Source of the DNA: Candidatus Onthovivens merdipullorum
GTDB lineage: Bacteria; Bacillota_I; Bacilli_A; RFN20; CAG-826
Direction of reading: 5' to 3'
Assembly: GCA_017694345.1 (NCBI GenBank)
Contig: JADIMY010000013.1
Location: 1-53,921, forward strand
Length of the DNA: 53,921 nt
In this document: positions 53,001 through 53,921 of the stretch, piece by piece
Numbering within the stretch: position 1 is the stretch's first letter
Layout of the letters: the number at the start of each line of letters is the position of its first letter
The notes under the pieces: generated by a model
Seen by the model: only the letters and a program-made list of their open reading frames with translations
What the model was told of the DNA's origin: nothing
Databases searched by the model: none
Translations under genes and position numbers: made by a program

Positions 53001-53921
53001 ATGAAAGTAATTTATTTTAAAGAAAAAGAAACTAAATCTCCTGGAATTTGGGAATTTGCACTTAATGAAGATGATTATTCTAATTATTTGAAGAAAGAGC
53101 CAGTTTATGGAAAAGGAATAATAAAATATTCTGAAGGCAGTATATATAAAGGAGATTTATTTTTTGATGGAAAAACATTTAATAAAATAGGATTTGGTGA
53201 GCAAGACTTTTTAGAAAGTTCATTAAATAACTTAGACGCTGGTGGGAAAGATAATACTATTTTATATAAATATGTTGGTCAATATGACTATCGACATGGT
53301 GATTGGATATACGGCTTAGGCACTTTATATTTCTTAAATAAAGATAAAGAACCAGATAGTTTTATTAATGGAAAGTTTTTAGGATTAGAGTGTACAAAAA
53401 ACATCAAAATAAATAAAAATGTTAGACTTCTGCAAGGTTTTAGTAAAAAAATGCAGATAAAACAATTAATGCATAAAAATTTAGTTAATAAAATTTTATG
53501 CATTAATAACAAGATAACAAAAACTTTATTTATTGGGGATAGTTACTTTGAGTTTATAGGAAATCGATTTAATATTTTTAAAGATTCCATTAATTTAGGT
53601 ATTGGAGGGGCTAAATTTTATAACTTTATTAATTTAGAAAATAGTTTATTAATTAAATTTAGTGCTAGTCGAGTATTAATTAATTTAGGTTTTAATGATA
53701 TTCATAGTGGGTTTTCTAATAGACAAATAGAATATCAATTAAATAAATTATTAAGTTTTTTATTTAAAAAAATGAAAGTTAAAGAAATTTATATTTTAAC
53801 TATTATTAATGCACCAAGTTTTAATCATCTAATAAATCAAGAAATTGACTTTAATAAATATTTGTTTAAAAAATATAGAGAAAATAAATATATACATATT
53901 ATAGACACAGCAGATTTATTT
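53001..53921 (+). CDS. Partial CDS (3' end outside the window): cytoplasmic SGNH-family hydrolase with an N-terminal MORN-like repeat region
   Basis: The frame is open from ATG 53001 to the window edge (307 codons) and is absent from the ORF track because it has no stop. Motifs: YGKGIIKYSEGSIYKGDLFFDGK and YVGQYDYRHGDWIYGLGTLYF (MORN-like), then LFIGDSYFEF, GIGGAKF and LGFNDI (SGNH blocks). No clear RBS, so the start is uncertain. Confidence 0.6.
   Translation, partial: MKVIYFKEKETKSPGIWEFALNEDDYSNYLKKEPVYGKGIIKYSEGSIYKGDLFFDGKTFNKIGFGEQDFLESSLNNLDAGGKDNTILYKYVGQYDYRHGDWIYGLGTLYFLNKDKEPDSFINGKFLGLECTKNIKINKNVRLLQGFSKKMQIKQLMHKNLVNKILCINNKITKTLFIGDSYFEFIGNRFNIFKDSINLGIGGAKFYNFINLENSLLIKFSASRVLINLGFNDIHSGFSNRQIEYQLNKLLSFLFKKMKVKEIYILTIINAPSFNHLINQEIDFNKYLFKKYRENKYIHIIDTADLF

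Noticed and set aside
1-53921. Possibility that the window uses genetic code 4 (TGA = Trp), as in Mycoplasma or Spiroplasma
   Set aside because: Long ORFs end at TGA exactly at coupled ATGA junctions (14468-14471, 39134-39137, 47003-47006, 22427-22430). Trp in conserved motifs is encoded by TGG. The standard code gives a gap-free gene map.

Overview
This is an AT-rich bacterial window that reads with the standard genetic code. TGA acts as a stop at coupled ATGA junctions (14468-14471, 39134-39137, 47003-47006, 22427-22430) and Trp is TGG. About 15 CDS begin with a signal peptide ending in a lipobox Cys. That pattern fits an Acholeplasma-like Mollicute or a related low-GC Firmicute, but the taxonomy is inference only. 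All family calls come from motifs read by eye; no HMM or BLAST search was possible.

The left end (1-5400) looks accessory and decayed. It holds iteron-like direct repeats, an AAA_14/DUF4143-type ATPase, an XRE regulator facing a small ORF across three direct repeats, and UDP-galactopyranose mutase (glf). It also holds a multiply disrupted IS1595-type transposase remnant, a GC-richer Big_2 domain fragment, and tRNA-Thr(GGU).

From about 5.4 kb to the window end lies a very large multi-operon glycan-utilisation locus built on surface lipoproteins:
- a mosaic paralog family of non-catalytic Big_2 + LamG-like + CBM9-like lipoproteins (5855, 18147, 29173);
- a LacI-controlled operon of F5/8-type-C (CBM32-like) arrays, a GLUG beta-helix lipoprotein and a divergent GH13-like enzyme;
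- a sugar ABC importer (binding lipoprotein, two permeases, and an ATPase with two large insertions);
- five GH43-type enzymes, three lipoprotein and two cytoplasmic;
- GH2 and GH36 enzymes, one SASA-type esterase and three SGNH-type esterases;
- a thioredoxin-like CxxC lipoprotein, a MATE transporter, and a secreted HExxH protein followed by a small lipoprotein.

Four near-perfect cre/LacI-type palindromes (TGTAAGCGCTTACA and variants) sit just upstream of four transcription units. A second LacI-family gene is split by a frameshift inside a G9 homopolymer, which is a candidate phase-variation switch or a sequencing error. No CRISPR array, rRNA or obvious defence cassette was seen.
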